DNA from: a virus
Taxonomy: Duplodnaviria; Caudoviricetes
Direction: 5' to 3' (one strand)
DNA length: 26,918 nt
IMG/VR virus record: IMGVR_UViG_3300049437_000159
Coordinates: 1 to 26,918 of that record
The position numbers were made by a program, and so were the translations under genes. Shown piece after piece: positions 17,456 through 26,918 of the stretch. Below the pieces are notes generated by a model. That model saw only the letters and a list, made by a program, of their open reading frames with translations. It was not told where the DNA came from and did not search any database. The stretch's first letter is position 1, and each line of letters begins with the position of its first letter.

Positions 17456-18772
17456 ATGAAACTTCGCGATCGAATTAAAGAACTACGCCGCGTTAAAGCC
17501 AGCGCGATTCTGCCGAACCCTGCGAACTGGCGGACGCATCCGAAATCGCAGCAAGACGCAATGCGCGGCATCCTGGCGGAGGTCGGGATCGCCGATGCAC
17601 TGCTCGTGCGCGAGACGCCGGCCGGGCTGCAACTGATCGATGGCCACCTGCGGGCCGACGTTGCGCCGGATAGTGAGTGGCCAGTGCTGGTGCTAGACGT
17701 CGACGACAAGGAAGCGGCGAAGCTCCTGGCCACGGTCGATCCGCTCGCGGCGATGGCCGAGACCGACCCAGAGAAGCTGACACAACTGCTGCACGAGATC
17801 GACGTTGAGAGCGAGGCGCTTCAGCAGATGCTGGCGGCGTTGGCTGACGAGGCTGGTCTGCAAGACGACGGTGCTGAAATCGTTGAGGATGAGGTTCCCG
17901 CACCACCGGACGAGGCGACTACACAGCCGGGCGACCTGTGGATCTTGGGCGACCACCGGTTGCTGTGCGGCGATTCGAGCAAGCCCGAGGACTTGGACCG
18001 CCTCCTCGACGGCGCGGTGATCCACCTTTGCAACACCGATCCGCCCTACAACGTGAAAGTCGAGCCGCGCAGCAATAACGCGATCGCCGCTGGATTGAGT
18101 TCCTTCGCCGGCCCCAAGCATCACCAGTCGCTCGACCTGGCTCGCCACCCGGAGAAGTCCAAACCGACCGGCAAGAAGCTGCGCGCCAAGGACCGTCCCC
18201 TGGCCAACGACTTTGTTTCCGACGAGGCATTCGATCAGTTGCTCGCCGCCTGGTTCGGCAACATCGCCCGCGTGCTCGCGCCGGGCCGGGCGTTCTACAT
18301 TTGGGGCGGCTATGCGAATTGCGCCAACTACCCGCCGGTGCTGAAGGCCTGCGAGCTGTACTTCTCGCAGGCGATCATCTGGGTCAAGGAACACCCGGTG
18401 CTAACGAGAAAAGATTTCATGGGGAACCACGAATGGTGCTTCTACGGATGGGCCGAGGGCGCCGCGCACGTGTTCCTGGGTCCGAACAATGCCGTCGACG
18501 TGTGGAGCGTGAAAAAGATCAATCCGCAGTCGATGGTCCATCTGACGGAGAAGCCCGTCGAATTGGCTGCGCGGGCTATGCGTTACTCGTCGCGCTCGGG
18601 CGAGAACGTCTTGGACCTGTTCGGCGGTAGCGGCAGCACGCTCATGGCCGCGGAGCAGACCAACCGACACGCGTACTTGATGGAGCTCGATCCGTTGTAC
18701 TGCGACGTGATCGTCCAGCGTTGGGAGAAGTTCACGGAACGCAAGGCCCAGAGGGCCGGGGAGGCGGCGTGA
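17456..18772 (+). CDS. ParB-like N-terminal domain plus N6A/N4C DNA methyltransferase
   Basis: PNPANWRTH, LIDGHLR; TDPPYN, HLTEKPVEL, VLDLFGGSGST. Confidence 0.92.
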   Translation: MKLRDRIKELRRVKASAILPNPANWRTHPKSQQDAMRGILAEVGIADALLVRETPAGLQLIDGHLRADVAPDSEWPVLVLDVDDKEAAKLLATVDPLAAMAETDPEKLTQLLHEIDVESEALQQMLAALADEAGLQDDGAEIVEDEVPAPPDEATTQPGDLWILGDHRLLCGDSSKPEDLDRLLDGAVIHLCNTDPPYNVKVEPRSNNAIAAGLSSFAGPKHHQSLDLARHPEKSKPTGKKLRAKDRPLANDFVSDEAFDQLLAAWFGNIARVLAPGRAFYIWGGYANCANYPPVLKACELYFSQAIIWVKEHPVLTRKDFMGNHEWCFYGWAEGAAHVFLGPNNAVDVWSVKKINPQSMVHLTEKPVELAARAMRYSSRSGENVLDLFGGSGSTLMAAEQTNRHAYLMELDPLYCDVIVQRWEKFTERKAQRAGEAA

Positions 18773-18888
18773 ACGCGACGTTTGGCCCGTGTCGCGGCCG
18801 GTGGCTCGGATTGGCCACAGACGCCACCAACGAGAAAACGCCCCAACGTTCGCGACGTGGGGCGTTGGGCGGGAATCCGCTCGGGATG

Positions 18889-19224
18889 CTATCCGTTGGC
18901 GGCGAAGTGGCCGCGATCGGTCTTCTTGAACCGGGCCTCTTTGCCTTTGGCTCCGATCTCGCGCGTGATAGCGCTGTAAAGCGTTGCGTGCGGGGTTGCA
19001 CCGCCGGGGCTGGACCACAGTCCCTTCGCGGCCATCGCGTCGATCAGCTCCTTGGAGTTCATCGGCTCCTTCGATGCGGCGAGCACCTGCGCGGCTGCAT
19101 CGAGCGCGCTGAGCTTCTTGGGCTTTACGTTCTTGGGTTTGGCCTTTTTGGCAGACGCGGACTTGGTGCCCTTGGCCTTCGATGCTTTGGCGGCGGGCTT
19201 CTTGTGGGCTTTCTTCGTAGCCAT
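18889..19224 (-). CDS. Winged-helix (HARE-HTH-like) protein with Lys-rich N-terminus
   Basis: LSALDAAAQVL...MNSKELI...GATPHATLYSAITREI...RFKKTDRGHF; AGGAG RBS. Confidence 0.8.
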   Translation of the reverse strand: MATKKAHKKPAAKASKAKGTKSASAKKAKPKNVKPKKLSALDAAAQVLAASKEPMNSKELIDAMAAKGLWSSPGGATPHATLYSAITREIGAKGKEARFKKTDRGHFAANG

Positions 19225-19320
19225 GATTCATCTCCTCGGAAACGGGTGCGATGGGTCGGCTGCCATCATCAGGCTCGCGGAACCAACCGCGAACGACGCC
19301 GGACTGGCCGGCGTTTCGGC

Positions 19321-19572
19321 TTACAGACCCAGCTCTTCCATCAAGCGGCTGACCTCGTCGACGCCCAGCATCTCCGTGAGCGTGTCGGCCAGCCATTCGG
19401 CCTGCCGCAGCCCGTTGAGCGCGTCGTCGTTGGCTGGCTTGTGGAACGCGGCCTGCTGCAGGAAGGCGATGATCGTGGCCACGCCCTCGGGCGAAAGGTT
19501 GTCGCGGATCACCTTCTCGAAGGCCTCCTGGTCAACCGCCCCGCTCATTCGTTCGTCGTCGTTTGCGTGCAT
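19321..19572 (-). CDS. Hypothetical helical protein
   Basis: AAGGA RBS before MHANDDE; co-oriented with the wHTH gene. Confidence 0.65.
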   Translation of the reverse strand: MHANDDERMSGAVDQEAFEKVIRDNLSPEGVATIIAFLQQAAFHKPANDDALNGLRQAEWLADTLTEMLGVDEVSRLMEELGL

Positions 19573-19890
19573 CGTTTGGTTCCTTGTCGTCGGTGTGGGA
19601 ACGTCCCGTTCGGACAGCCACACATGAGCCATGCGTCGCGCAGAACATCAAGCGCGGCCGGGCAACATTCGCCCAGAATTCGACAGCTTCTTTTCCGCCA
19701 GAAATCGCCAAGGTTTCCCTTAGCTGCGCGCGAATTCGGACATGTCCCAATTCGTGCCGCACGTGTTGGCCACGTTGCGAACGGTCCGCCCGGCTGGTCT
19801 TGGTGGCCAACCGCGCCCCAAGGCCGCGACGTGGGCCAACGTCGTGCGACTGGGCTACCCGTCGGCTGGAACTAACGGAGAGATACGCGT

Positions 19891-22104
19891 GTGTCCGAAC
19901 TTCGCCGCGAGGCAAAAGAGAAAGCCAAGTCGCTACGCAAGCAGCTTGCCATGCTCGACAAGCTCACCGGCGGTGCGTCGGAGCGCGAGCGCGATGTCGA
20001 ACGAAAGCGGGAACAGCGGGCGGCGGCGAAGGAAGTCGTCGTTCCGCCGTGTGCTGACCGAGCCCGTCGCGAGCGGTTCGAGGCCGACGACATCGCCTGG
20101 CTCATGCATTACTTCGGGCCCGAGTGCGGCCTCCGAGATCCATTTTGGTATGAGTTCACCACGCAGCAGCGAGAAATGATCAGCGCCATTCGACACGCCA
20201 TTTTGTTCGGCGGCGATCAGGCGATCGCAGCCAGTCGCGGCGAAGGGAAGACTACGATCTTCGAACGCCTGCTGCTGAAGTACACGCTGCAAGGCGTCCT
20301 CTCGTTCTCAGTCCTCTGCGCGGCGACAGGCACTCTGGCCGCCGATTCGCTCGACACGATCAAGGCGGCGATCGAAGACAACCCGCTGCTGCTGGCAGAC
20401 TATCCAGAAGTCTGTGTGCCGGTGCGTGCCTTGGAGAACACGCCGAATCGTGCCGGCTATCAGCTCGTAACTGGAGAACGGCATGGCACTGGTGAACCGT
20501 ACCAGATGGCCTCCAGCAAGTTTAGTTGGTGCGGTCAGGAAATCGTGTTCCCCAATGTGCCTGGCGCGCCGGCGGCTCAGGCAATTATCGCCACGCGCGG
20601 CTTGGACTCCGCGATCCGCGGGCTCAAGCGCAAGGGTCGACGGCCACAGCTCGTCGGCATCGATGACCCCGAGACGGAAGAAACCGTCCGCAGCGGTGAC
20701 CAGGCGAAGAAGCTCGAGGACCGAATCGATCGGGCGCTCGGCGGACTTGGCAGCCAGCAGCGACCAGTCGGACGGGTCATGCTGACGACGCTGCAGAACC
20801 GGACGTGCGTGTCGTTCAAGTACACCGATCCTGAGCAGAAGCCGACATGGAAGGGGAAACGGTTCCGCTACCTAGTCACACCGCCAGACCGCAGGGATCT
20901 GTGGGATGAATACGTCCTGCTGCGCGAGAAGGAGTTCCGCGAGTTCTCAGCGGGCCGAAGTCGCGACGAACATTGCCGGCAGTCGTACCAGTTCTATTTG
21001 GACCACCGCCAGGAAATGGACACCGGCGCGATCGTGGCCAACGAGAATCGCTTCGATGCGACCGTGCTGCCGGATGGCACGCGAGTCGAGGCGTCGGCGC
21101 TTCAGCACTACTACAACGAGGTTGCTCGCATCGGCTCCGAAGCGGTTGCCGCCGAGTTAGACAACGATCCAGCCGAGGACGAGAACGCGGCGCTCCTGCT
21201 TGTCCTGACGGCCTATCACATTCAGAACTGCTGCCTGAGCGGGCTCGACCAGCGAATCGTTCCTGATGGCACGGTGTGCATCACCGTCGGCGCAGACGTT
21301 CAGAAGCTGGGCTTGCACTACGTGGTGATCGCCTGGGACGAGCACGCCGCGGGCTGCATCCTCTATTACGACTTCTTCGAGTTCCTGACCGAGAGCCGCC
21401 CGGCGTCGGATTGCGAGGTGCTCATCCTCGAAGGGCTATTCGCATGGCACGAAGCGCAGCAGCAATCGCCGTTCGTCAACGCAGCGGGCGAGGAGTACTT
21501 CGCCGATTTGTCGCTGATCGACACGGGCTGGAAACACGAGAGCTGGAACACGCAGCCGGTGCAGGTTTTCTGCTCCCAGGTCGGCTTCGGCGCCTTCATG
21601 CCGTCGAAGGGCGAATCACCCTATCGCCGGCCGCAGGACTCGTCTCGCCTGATCATCGGCGACAACTGGCACGTCAGCTTTCCCGGCGGCGTGCCCGTCG
21701 CAATCATGAACTCCGATCACTGGAAGCTGAAGGTCCACGAAGGCTTCCTCGCCGGCCAAGCGGCAGACGGCTCGCTTCTGCCTGGCGCGCTGCGCGTCTT
21801 CAACCCGCCGACCATCGATGGCCGTCCGAATCGCACGGCCCACTTGTCGTTCGCCAAGCACATCCTGGCTGAAACGTGGGAAACGCGCTTCGTGCCCGGG
21901 TTCAAAGGCAACCGCACCGGCTGGTGGAAATCACCCAAGCCTAATCACTATTTTGACGCAACCTACCAAGCGATCGTCGCCCGCTCCATGCGCGGCATCG
22001 GCGTCCTGGAAACTCCGACGCTGCCGACCACGCCCGCTGTGCAACCGACCGGGCAAGTGCAGTCAACTTCGTCGGTTGCATCGTTCGAACGGAACCGTTG
22101 GTAA
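19891..22104 (+). CDS. terL: Terminase large subunit with GpA-like nuclease domain
   Basis: Walker A ASRGEGKTT, Walker B VGIDDPE, TVGADVQK, IDTGW, PNHYFDA. Confidence 0.88.
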   Translation: MSELRREAKEKAKSLRKQLAMLDKLTGGASERERDVERKREQRAAAKEVVVPPCADRARRERFEADDIAWLMHYFGPECGLRDPFWYEFTTQQREMISAIRHAILFGGDQAIAASRGEGKTTIFERLLLKYTLQGVLSFSVLCAATGTLAADSLDTIKAAIEDNPLLLADYPEVCVPVRALENTPNRAGYQLVTGERHGTGEPYQMASSKFSWCGQEIVFPNVPGAPAAQAIIATRGLDSAIRGLKRKGRRPQLVGIDDPETEETVRSGDQAKKLEDRIDRALGGLGSQQRPVGRVMLTTLQNRTCVSFKYTDPEQKPTWKGKRFRYLVTPPDRRDLWDEYVLLREKEFREFSAGRSRDEHCRQSYQFYLDHRQEMDTGAIVANENRFDATVLPDGTRVEASALQHYYNEVARIGSEAVAAELDNDPAEDENAALLLVLTAYHIQNCCLSGLDQRIVPDGTVCITVGADVQKLGLHYVVIAWDEHAAGCILYYDFFEFLTESRPASDCEVLILEGLFAWHEAQQQSPFVNAAGEEYFADLSLIDTGWKHESWNTQPVQVFCSQVGFGAFMPSKGESPYRRPQDSSRLIIGDNWHVSFPGGVPVAIMNSDHWKLKVHEGFLAGQAADGSLLPGALRVFNPPTIDGRPNRTAHLSFAKHILAETWETRFVPGFKGNRTGWWKSPKPNHYFDATYQAIVARSMRGIGVLETPTLPTTPAVQPTGQVQSTSSVASFERNRW

Positions 22105-22115
22105 GAGGAGCTGTT

Positions 22116-22361
22116 ATGCCGAAACTGAAGAATGAGATATCGCCGCCAGAATCTGTCCATATCGAAGTACCCGTGGTGGAACTTCCGCCGCAGACATGGG
22201 GCTACCACATCAACACGCGTCTCACGCCCGAGCAGTCGCACGCAATTAGTCGCGTGACAACCGCACTCGATCAGCGACTAACAAGGCTGGCCAATGGGCA
22301 GCGAGTCGTCAATGTTTCAGGCGCGTTGAAGTACCTGCTAGAACAGATCGGCGCGGAATAA
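22116..22361 (+). CDS. Hypothetical protein
   Basis: GAGGAG RBS; 81 aa. Confidence 0.7.
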   Translation: MPKLKNEISPPESVHIEVPVVELPPQTWGYHINTRLTPEQSHAISRVTTALDQRLTRLANGQRVVNVSGALKYLLEQIGAE

Positions 22362-22494
22362 GCTGATCACGCTTACATTGCTTCGCCCTCCCAGCGAAAC
22401 TACATCGCAACGGGGCGCACGGTGCCCTGGGTACAACCGGTACACAAGGGTTCTACTACTTCACCGTCTTCAGTTAGCCATTACGATTGAAGTA

Positions 22495-22794
22495 ATGGCC
22501 AATCTCACTACGCTTGCCATCATCGAATCTGAGCTCGCCGACACGGCTGACTACGATGTCGGGGTGGACATCTCCAAGGCGAAGCGTCGAGTGGCCGCAC
22601 TGCGCCGCAAACTCGACTTTCCCCAGTCGAGCGGGCGGGGCGAGCAGAATGTCGCGTTCGCGATGCAGGCAATCGAGAACCAGTTGCAGCAGGTGCTCGC
22701 CTGGATCGCGGCCAACGAGGCGCCGAGCGATGCGTCGCGGCTGGGGAATCCTGACTGCGTGCATGCGGATTTCTCGAACTTCCGGGGCTGCTGA
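22495..22794 (+). CDS. Putative gpW-like head completion protein
   Basis: Small helical ORF coupled (TGATG) to the portal, in the lambda W position. Confidence 0.55.
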   Translation: MANLTTLAIIESELADTADYDVGVDISKAKRRVAALRRKLDFPQSSGRGEQNVAFAMQAIENQLQQVLAWIAANEAPSDASRLGNPDCVHADFSNFRGC

Positions 22795-24521
22795 TGATCG
22801 CGAGGGCGAACAACACGAATGGTCATGCGGGCGGCAGGCTGCCGGCCGAAATCGTCGACCAGGTGTTCGAACTCGATCGGGAGCGCTTTGAGCGGCGCGG
22901 AGATCGCGACGCAGCATCGACATACGCGGCCGGCACGGTCGACCGCATGAACCCGATGCCCCAGGGTATCGATCCCTTGGGCACGGACGCCGACTATCAC
23001 TATCGCACTGAGTTCAATTACTTCCTGATGGTCGAGCGGGCTCGCACGGCCGTCCGAAACCATCCGCTGGTCGAGCAAGGCGTGAATCGTCTGCTGGCCA
23101 ACATGCGGCTCGACGAGATGACGCTCGACGTGTCGAGCGGCGACGCGGCGATCGACGCTGACCAGAAGGCCTTTTGGTACGAGTGGTGCGACGACCCGCG
23201 ACAAGTGGACTACGAGGGCCGGCGAACGCTCCCGCAAATCGCCCGGCAGTCGTTCTTTTCTCAGGTGGTTGACGGTGACATCCTTCACTTGCCGCTGGAT
23301 GACGGCTCGATCCAGACCTGGGAAGCCCATCACGTCCGCAATCCCTGGGGCCGGTACTCGACTGGTTCGGACTCGAACGGCATCGTGCATGGTGCTGAGG
23401 TGGTCGACGGCCGCACGGTCGCCTACTGGATTACGCAGCGCCACCTCACACACCGGCAATCGGCCCGGCGCGGCGAGTCACGGCGGTTCCTGGTGTTCGA
23501 TGCCGAGGGGAACAAGATCGCGTTCTGGCTCGGCTTCACGCACCGCTTCATGCAGCGTCGTGGAATCAGTCGGTTGTCGGCGCCGCGCGACGCAATGAAT
23601 GGGTTCGACGATATAAATTTTGCCCACATCATGTCGGCGAAACAACGCTCCAAGGTCGCCATGATCCTGGAGAGCATGCAGCCGCTCGCGCCGCAGCTGC
23701 CTTTGGGTGGCGGCGGGAAGATCCCACAATCGGGCTCGCGCTACCTGAGCAACGAGGCTGGGCTAGGCGTCGAGTCGATCGTCGTAGAGCAGGTCGGCGG
23801 GCCGGCGCAGATCATCAAGGCCCCGCCTGGCTACAAGATGCAGGGCTGGAACGCCAACATCCCGACGCCGTCGTTCTTCGAACACGCTGCGCTCATGCTG
23901 ACGATGCTGGCGGTCAACCTTGATCTGCCGCTGATGTTCCTGCTGCTCGACGGCTCGCTGGTGAATTTTCACGGCGGGCGGATGACATTCGACCAGGTGA
24001 AGCTGCGGCTCGAGCAACTGATCTCAGATCAGATCGCCGGCTTCTATACCCCGATCTACCGCTGGAAGACCCGACAGCGAATCACGCCGGGCAGTCCGCA
24101 GTTTGATCCGGCGCTTTACAACGCAGTGCAGCGCGGAGCGAACCCGTTCAGCTTTCTGTTCCGGCCGAAGGGCTGGCCGTATGTCAAACCGCTCGAGGAC
24201 GCAGCGGCCGAGGACCTGGCCGAGCGGCGAAATCTTAAGAGCCTGAAATCGATTCTCGCCTCGCGGGGCGTCGACGAGGACGAGCACGTCGCCGAGGTCG
24301 TCACCGGCCGAGGCAAGTTCATCCGTGCCGCGATCCGCGAGGCCCAGGCCATCGCCAGCGAGTTTCCCGAGGTCGTACCGCAGGAGGAGGTGCCGCGTCT
24401 GTGGCGCGAGCTGCGATACGGCAACGAGCCGGCCGGCGTGCAGCTTGCGGTTACGGCCGACACCACGAGCGGCGAGACCGCGGCCACGGCCGACGCAGCG
24501 GGGGACACTAATGGACGCTGA
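22794..24521 (+). CDS. Portal protein, lambda family
   Basis: ARTAVRNHPLV, VVDGD, HGAEVVDGRTVAYW, QRRGISRL, VNFHGGRM, WPYVKPLED. Confidence 0.88.
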   Translation: MIARANNTNGHAGGRLPAEIVDQVFELDRERFERRGDRDAASTYAAGTVDRMNPMPQGIDPLGTDADYHYRTEFNYFLMVERARTAVRNHPLVEQGVNRLLANMRLDEMTLDVSSGDAAIDADQKAFWYEWCDDPRQVDYEGRRTLPQIARQSFFSQVVDGDILHLPLDDGSIQTWEAHHVRNPWGRYSTGSDSNGIVHGAEVVDGRTVAYWITQRHLTHRQSARRGESRRFLVFDAEGNKIAFWLGFTHRFMQRRGISRLSAPRDAMNGFDDINFAHIMSAKQRSKVAMILESMQPLAPQLPLGGGGKIPQSGSRYLSNEAGLGVESIVVEQVGGPAQIIKAPPGYKMQGWNANIPTPSFFEHAALMLTMLAVNLDLPLMFLLLDGSLVNFHGGRMTFDQVKLRLEQLISDQIAGFYTPIYRWKTRQRITPGSPQFDPALYNAVQRGANPFSFLFRPKGWPYVKPLEDAAAEDLAERRNLKSLKSILASRGVDEDEHVAEVVTGRGKFIRAAIREAQAIASEFPEVVPQEEVPRLWRELRYGNEPAGVQLAVTADTTSGETAATADAAGDTNGR

Positions 24522-25887
24522 TTTCGTGTTGCAGCCCCGCTTCTCGCTCGATGCGCCGTTGATGGCCGACTATTTCGGCCTGTGGTGCGTTGAAGAACAG
24601 GCGTTCCGCTCGCTCGTCGATCGGTTCAACGGAATCAATCTGCACGCCCACTTCGCCTCGGCGTTGCCCGCGGAAGCAGCGCGACGCCAAAAGCAGGTCG
24701 ACTTGAACGTAACACCCGACGGCATCGCGCTGCTGCAAGTGCAGGGCCCCATGATGAAGAGCGTGTCGTCGCTCGGAGAAGGAGCCAGCACGGTACAGCT
24801 ACGCCAGCAGTTGCGGGCTGCTCGCAAAGCCCCTGAGGTGATCGGCGGGATGCTGGTCATGGATACACCGGGCGGCACGGCTAAGGGCAACCGCGATCTC
24901 GCCGATGAGGTCGCCCGATTCGCACAGGCCAAACCGATCTACTCGTTCACCGAAGACCAGACGACCAGCGCCGGCGTTTCCGTCGCCAGCCAAGCGACCA
25001 AGCGCTTCGCCAACAACGATGCCGCTCTCTATGGCGCGATGGGCACGTATTCGGTACTGATGGACCAGAGCGGCATGGCCGAGAAGCTGGGCGTGAAGGT
25101 GCATGTGATCAAGGCCGGCCAATACAAGGGCATGGGCGAGCCCGGCACGCCGATCAGCGAGGAGCAGTTGACCGAGGCTCAGCGGATCGTCAACGCGCTC
25201 AACGACAGCTACCTGGAAACAATTGCCCGAGGCCTCGGCAAGCCGGTCGAGATGATCCGCTCGATTGCCGATGGCCGCGTGATCATGGCCCGCGACGCGG
25301 TGGGCATGGGCCTGATCGATGGCGTGCAGAGTTTTGATGAAACGTATGCGCAGCTCGTGCAGTATGCCCAGCTCGTGGCTGGCAAGAGCATGGCCGCGCC
25401 TCAGAAGCGAGGTTCAACAATGGAGAAGCAGAGCGCAACTTTGGCCGAACTCAAGGCCGCATTTCCCAAATCGACGGCCGAGTGGCGCGAGTCGCAACTC
25501 GAAGCCGACGCCGATCTGCCAGCGGCAGCGATTGCCTATGCCCAGCATGTCGAAGCGAAGCTTGTCCAACAGGACGAGACTCACGCCAAGGCACTCGCGC
25601 AGGCGGCGGCCAAGAACAACATCTCACTTGGGCACTCGCCGCTTGTGGAACGCAAGCCGAGCGACGACGGGCACGAGTTCTTCGAATCGGGAGATCCCGT
25701 CGAAGACTTCAACGCGGCCGTCGTAGCGATGGCGGGCCGCAGTCCCACGCTTCAGCGTCGGCAGAGCGCCGTGCGAGCCGTCGCGCAGAAGAACCCCGAG
25801 CTGTACCAGGCGTATCTGCTGGCCACGAATCCCGGCCGACTGCAGGCCCGCTTGATCACCGAGAAACTCGAAGCGGCCGCAAAGTAG
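24511..25887 (+). CDS. S49 head maturation protease with C-terminal scaffold region (gpC/Nu3-like)
   Basis: MDTPGG, TTSAG, IKAGQYKG, ADGRV, GLIDGV; follows the portal. Confidence 0.88.
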   Translation: MDADFVLQPRFSLDAPLMADYFGLWCVEEQAFRSLVDRFNGINLHAHFASALPAEAARRQKQVDLNVTPDGIALLQVQGPMMKSVSSLGEGASTVQLRQQLRAARKAPEVIGGMLVMDTPGGTAKGNRDLADEVARFAQAKPIYSFTEDQTTSAGVSVASQATKRFANNDAALYGAMGTYSVLMDQSGMAEKLGVKVHVIKAGQYKGMGEPGTPISEEQLTEAQRIVNALNDSYLETIARGLGKPVEMIRSIADGRVIMARDAVGMGLIDGVQSFDETYAQLVQYAQLVAGKSMAAPQKRGSTMEKQSATLAELKAAFPKSTAEWRESQLEADADLPAAAIAYAQHVEAKLVQQDETHAKALAQAAAKNNISLGHSPLVERKPSDDGHEFFESGDPVEDFNAAVVAMAGRSPTLQRRQSAVRAVAQKNPELYQAYLLATNPGRLQARLITEKLEAAAK

Positions 25888-25926
25888 CCGCATTCCAATC
25901 CAAGGAACCATTCAGAGGCAACGAAC

Positions 25927-26289
25927 ATGACTGCCCTCGTACAACGCGACGTCCGCACGTTTCCCAACAACTCGGCCATCGCTCCATACCTTCGTGTGAA
26001 ACTCACGGGCGGATTCTTGGCCGTCGCCGCCGGTGCCGACAACGAACTCGGCATCTTGGAAGAACGCACTTTGGCAACCGATACCGTCGGTGCTGTCCGC
26101 TTGCCATCGATTTCCAACACCGTGCGGGTCACGGCGGCCGGAGCGATCGCGGCCAACGCGACCATCTATCGTGCCAATGGCGGCAAGGTCTCGACCACGG
26201 TGGTCGGCACGGCCTGGGGCATTGCTCTCGAAGCGGGCAGCGGAGACGGCTCAGTCATCGAAGCGATCCGCACCATTAACGCCGCCTAA
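25927..26289 (+). CDS. Capsid cement/decoration protein (DUF2190-like)
   Basis: 120 aa Ala/Gly/Thr-rich; AAGAIAANATIY..ANGGKV, GIALEA; lies between protease and capsid. Confidence 0.75.
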   Translation: MTALVQRDVRTFPNNSAIAPYLRVKLTGGFLAVAAGADNELGILEERTLATDTVGAVRLPSISNTVRVTAAGAIAANATIYRANGGKVSTTVVGTAWGIALEAGSGDGSVIEAIRTINAA

Positions 26290-26323
26290 CGAACCACGGA
26301 ACTAACTTTTAGGAGATTGAGGC

Positions 26324-26918
26324 ATGGCTTCGCCTTCCACCGCCATCACCCGGCTCGACCTGTCGCTCACATACGGCGAGTTCTCGCTGATGGCCAACCA
26401 GCAAAAGTTCATCGGCCTGCAAGTGCTGCCGCCGATCGCGGTTTCCCAAGAGGGTGCGGAGTTCGTGCGGATCGAAATCGCTTCGCTGCTCTCGAAGATC
26501 GAGGACACCAAGCGAGCTCCCAAGTCCACTTACAAACGGGACGATTGGGAGTGGACCAAGGACAGCTATGCCGTCGAGGAGCATGGCGTCGAGGAAATCG
26601 TCGACGACGCGACGGTCGAGAAATATGGAGACTTGCTCCGCACCGAGCAGATTGCGACAGCGCGCGCGATCAACCGCGTGCTGCAGCGGCTCGAGTTCGA
26701 CATTGCGGCCGCTGTGTTCAACACGTCGACTTGGACTGGTGCGGCGCTAACCACGACCATCGGCACGGCCTGGACAACCGCAGCCACGGCCGATCCGATC
26801 GGCGACATCGACGCTGCGCACGAAAAGGTGAACGTCGGCTGCGGTGAGGATGCCAACACGCTGGTTAGGACCAAGATGGGCTTTCGCTCAATGATCCGCA
26901 CCGCGCGCCTGGAAGGTC
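26324..26918 (+). CDS. Major capsid protein (partial, gpE-like)
   Basis: Manual translation after AGGAG RBS: MASPSTAITRLDL...FIGLQVLPPI...YAVEEHGVEE...WTTAATADPIGDI, open to the window end; not in the ORF track. Confidence 0.85.
   Translation, partial: MASPSTAITRLDLSLTYGEFSLMANQQKFIGLQVLPPIAVSQEGAEFVRIEIASLLSKIEDTKRAPKSTYKRDDWEWTKDSYAVEEHGVEEIVDDATVEKYGDLLRTEQIATARAINRVLQRLEFDIAAAVFNTSTWTGAALTTTIGTAWTTAATADPIGDIDAAHEKVNVGCGEDANTLVRTKMGFRSMIRTARLEG

Larger units (their letters stand above)
10681..26918 (+). mobile_element. Prophage with serine integrase and lambda-like head module; right end outside window
   Basis: Recombinase, primase, methylase, terL, portal, protease, cement and capsid in phage order. 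Confidence 0.9.

Noticed and set aside
17456-18772. Restriction-modification defence system
   Set aside because: No cognate nuclease; ParB-methylase fusions near terminase genes are common orphan phage genes
18401-19875. Long ORFs 18721-19875 (+) and 18401-19396 (-)
   Set aside because: Overlap better-supported genes and repeats; composition looks like shadow ORFs; not a credible TerS
22551-23459. 302-aa minus-strand ORF
   Set aside because: Antisense to the portal gene
26317-26847. 176-aa ORF in the track
   Set aside because: Wrong frame; the capsid frame starts at 26324 and runs off the window
1-26918. Single phage with two capsid genes, or a DGR/retron
   Set aside because: Duplicated integrase, primase and origin separated by an att fragment indicate two elements; no reverse transcriptase motifs seen

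Overview
GC-rich bacterial window, probably from a planctomycete (inferred from gene style only). It holds two mobile elements that meet back to back at a 3' half of tRNA-Pro(GGG) (10655-10700). LEFT (1 to ~10654, minus strand, runs off the window): a compact phage-satellite-like element. In order from the att site it carries a P4-type tyrosine integrase with putative arm repeats, a Zn-ribbon protein, an Xis/AlpA-like HTH, a Prim-Pol primase-helicase, an iteron origin, an Ogr/Delta-like Zn finger, a cos-like region, a P27-type small terminase, a coiled-coil protein, an HK97-type major capsid, an S49 protease, a cold-shock protein and a Cys-rich beta-sandwich protein. No large terminase, portal or tail genes are visible. 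RIGHT (~10681 to 26918, runs off the window): a prophage whose large serine recombinase ends inside the antisense strand of the tRNA fragment. It continues with a RepB-type primase-helicase, an iteron origin, a Zn finger, GNAT-like/DNRLRE/Ig-like genes, a ParB-methyltransferase, an inverted winged-HTH cassette, and a lambda-like head module (TerL, gpW-like, portal, S49 protease/scaffold, cement, major capsid). All family calls come from motif recognition by eye; no database searches were run.
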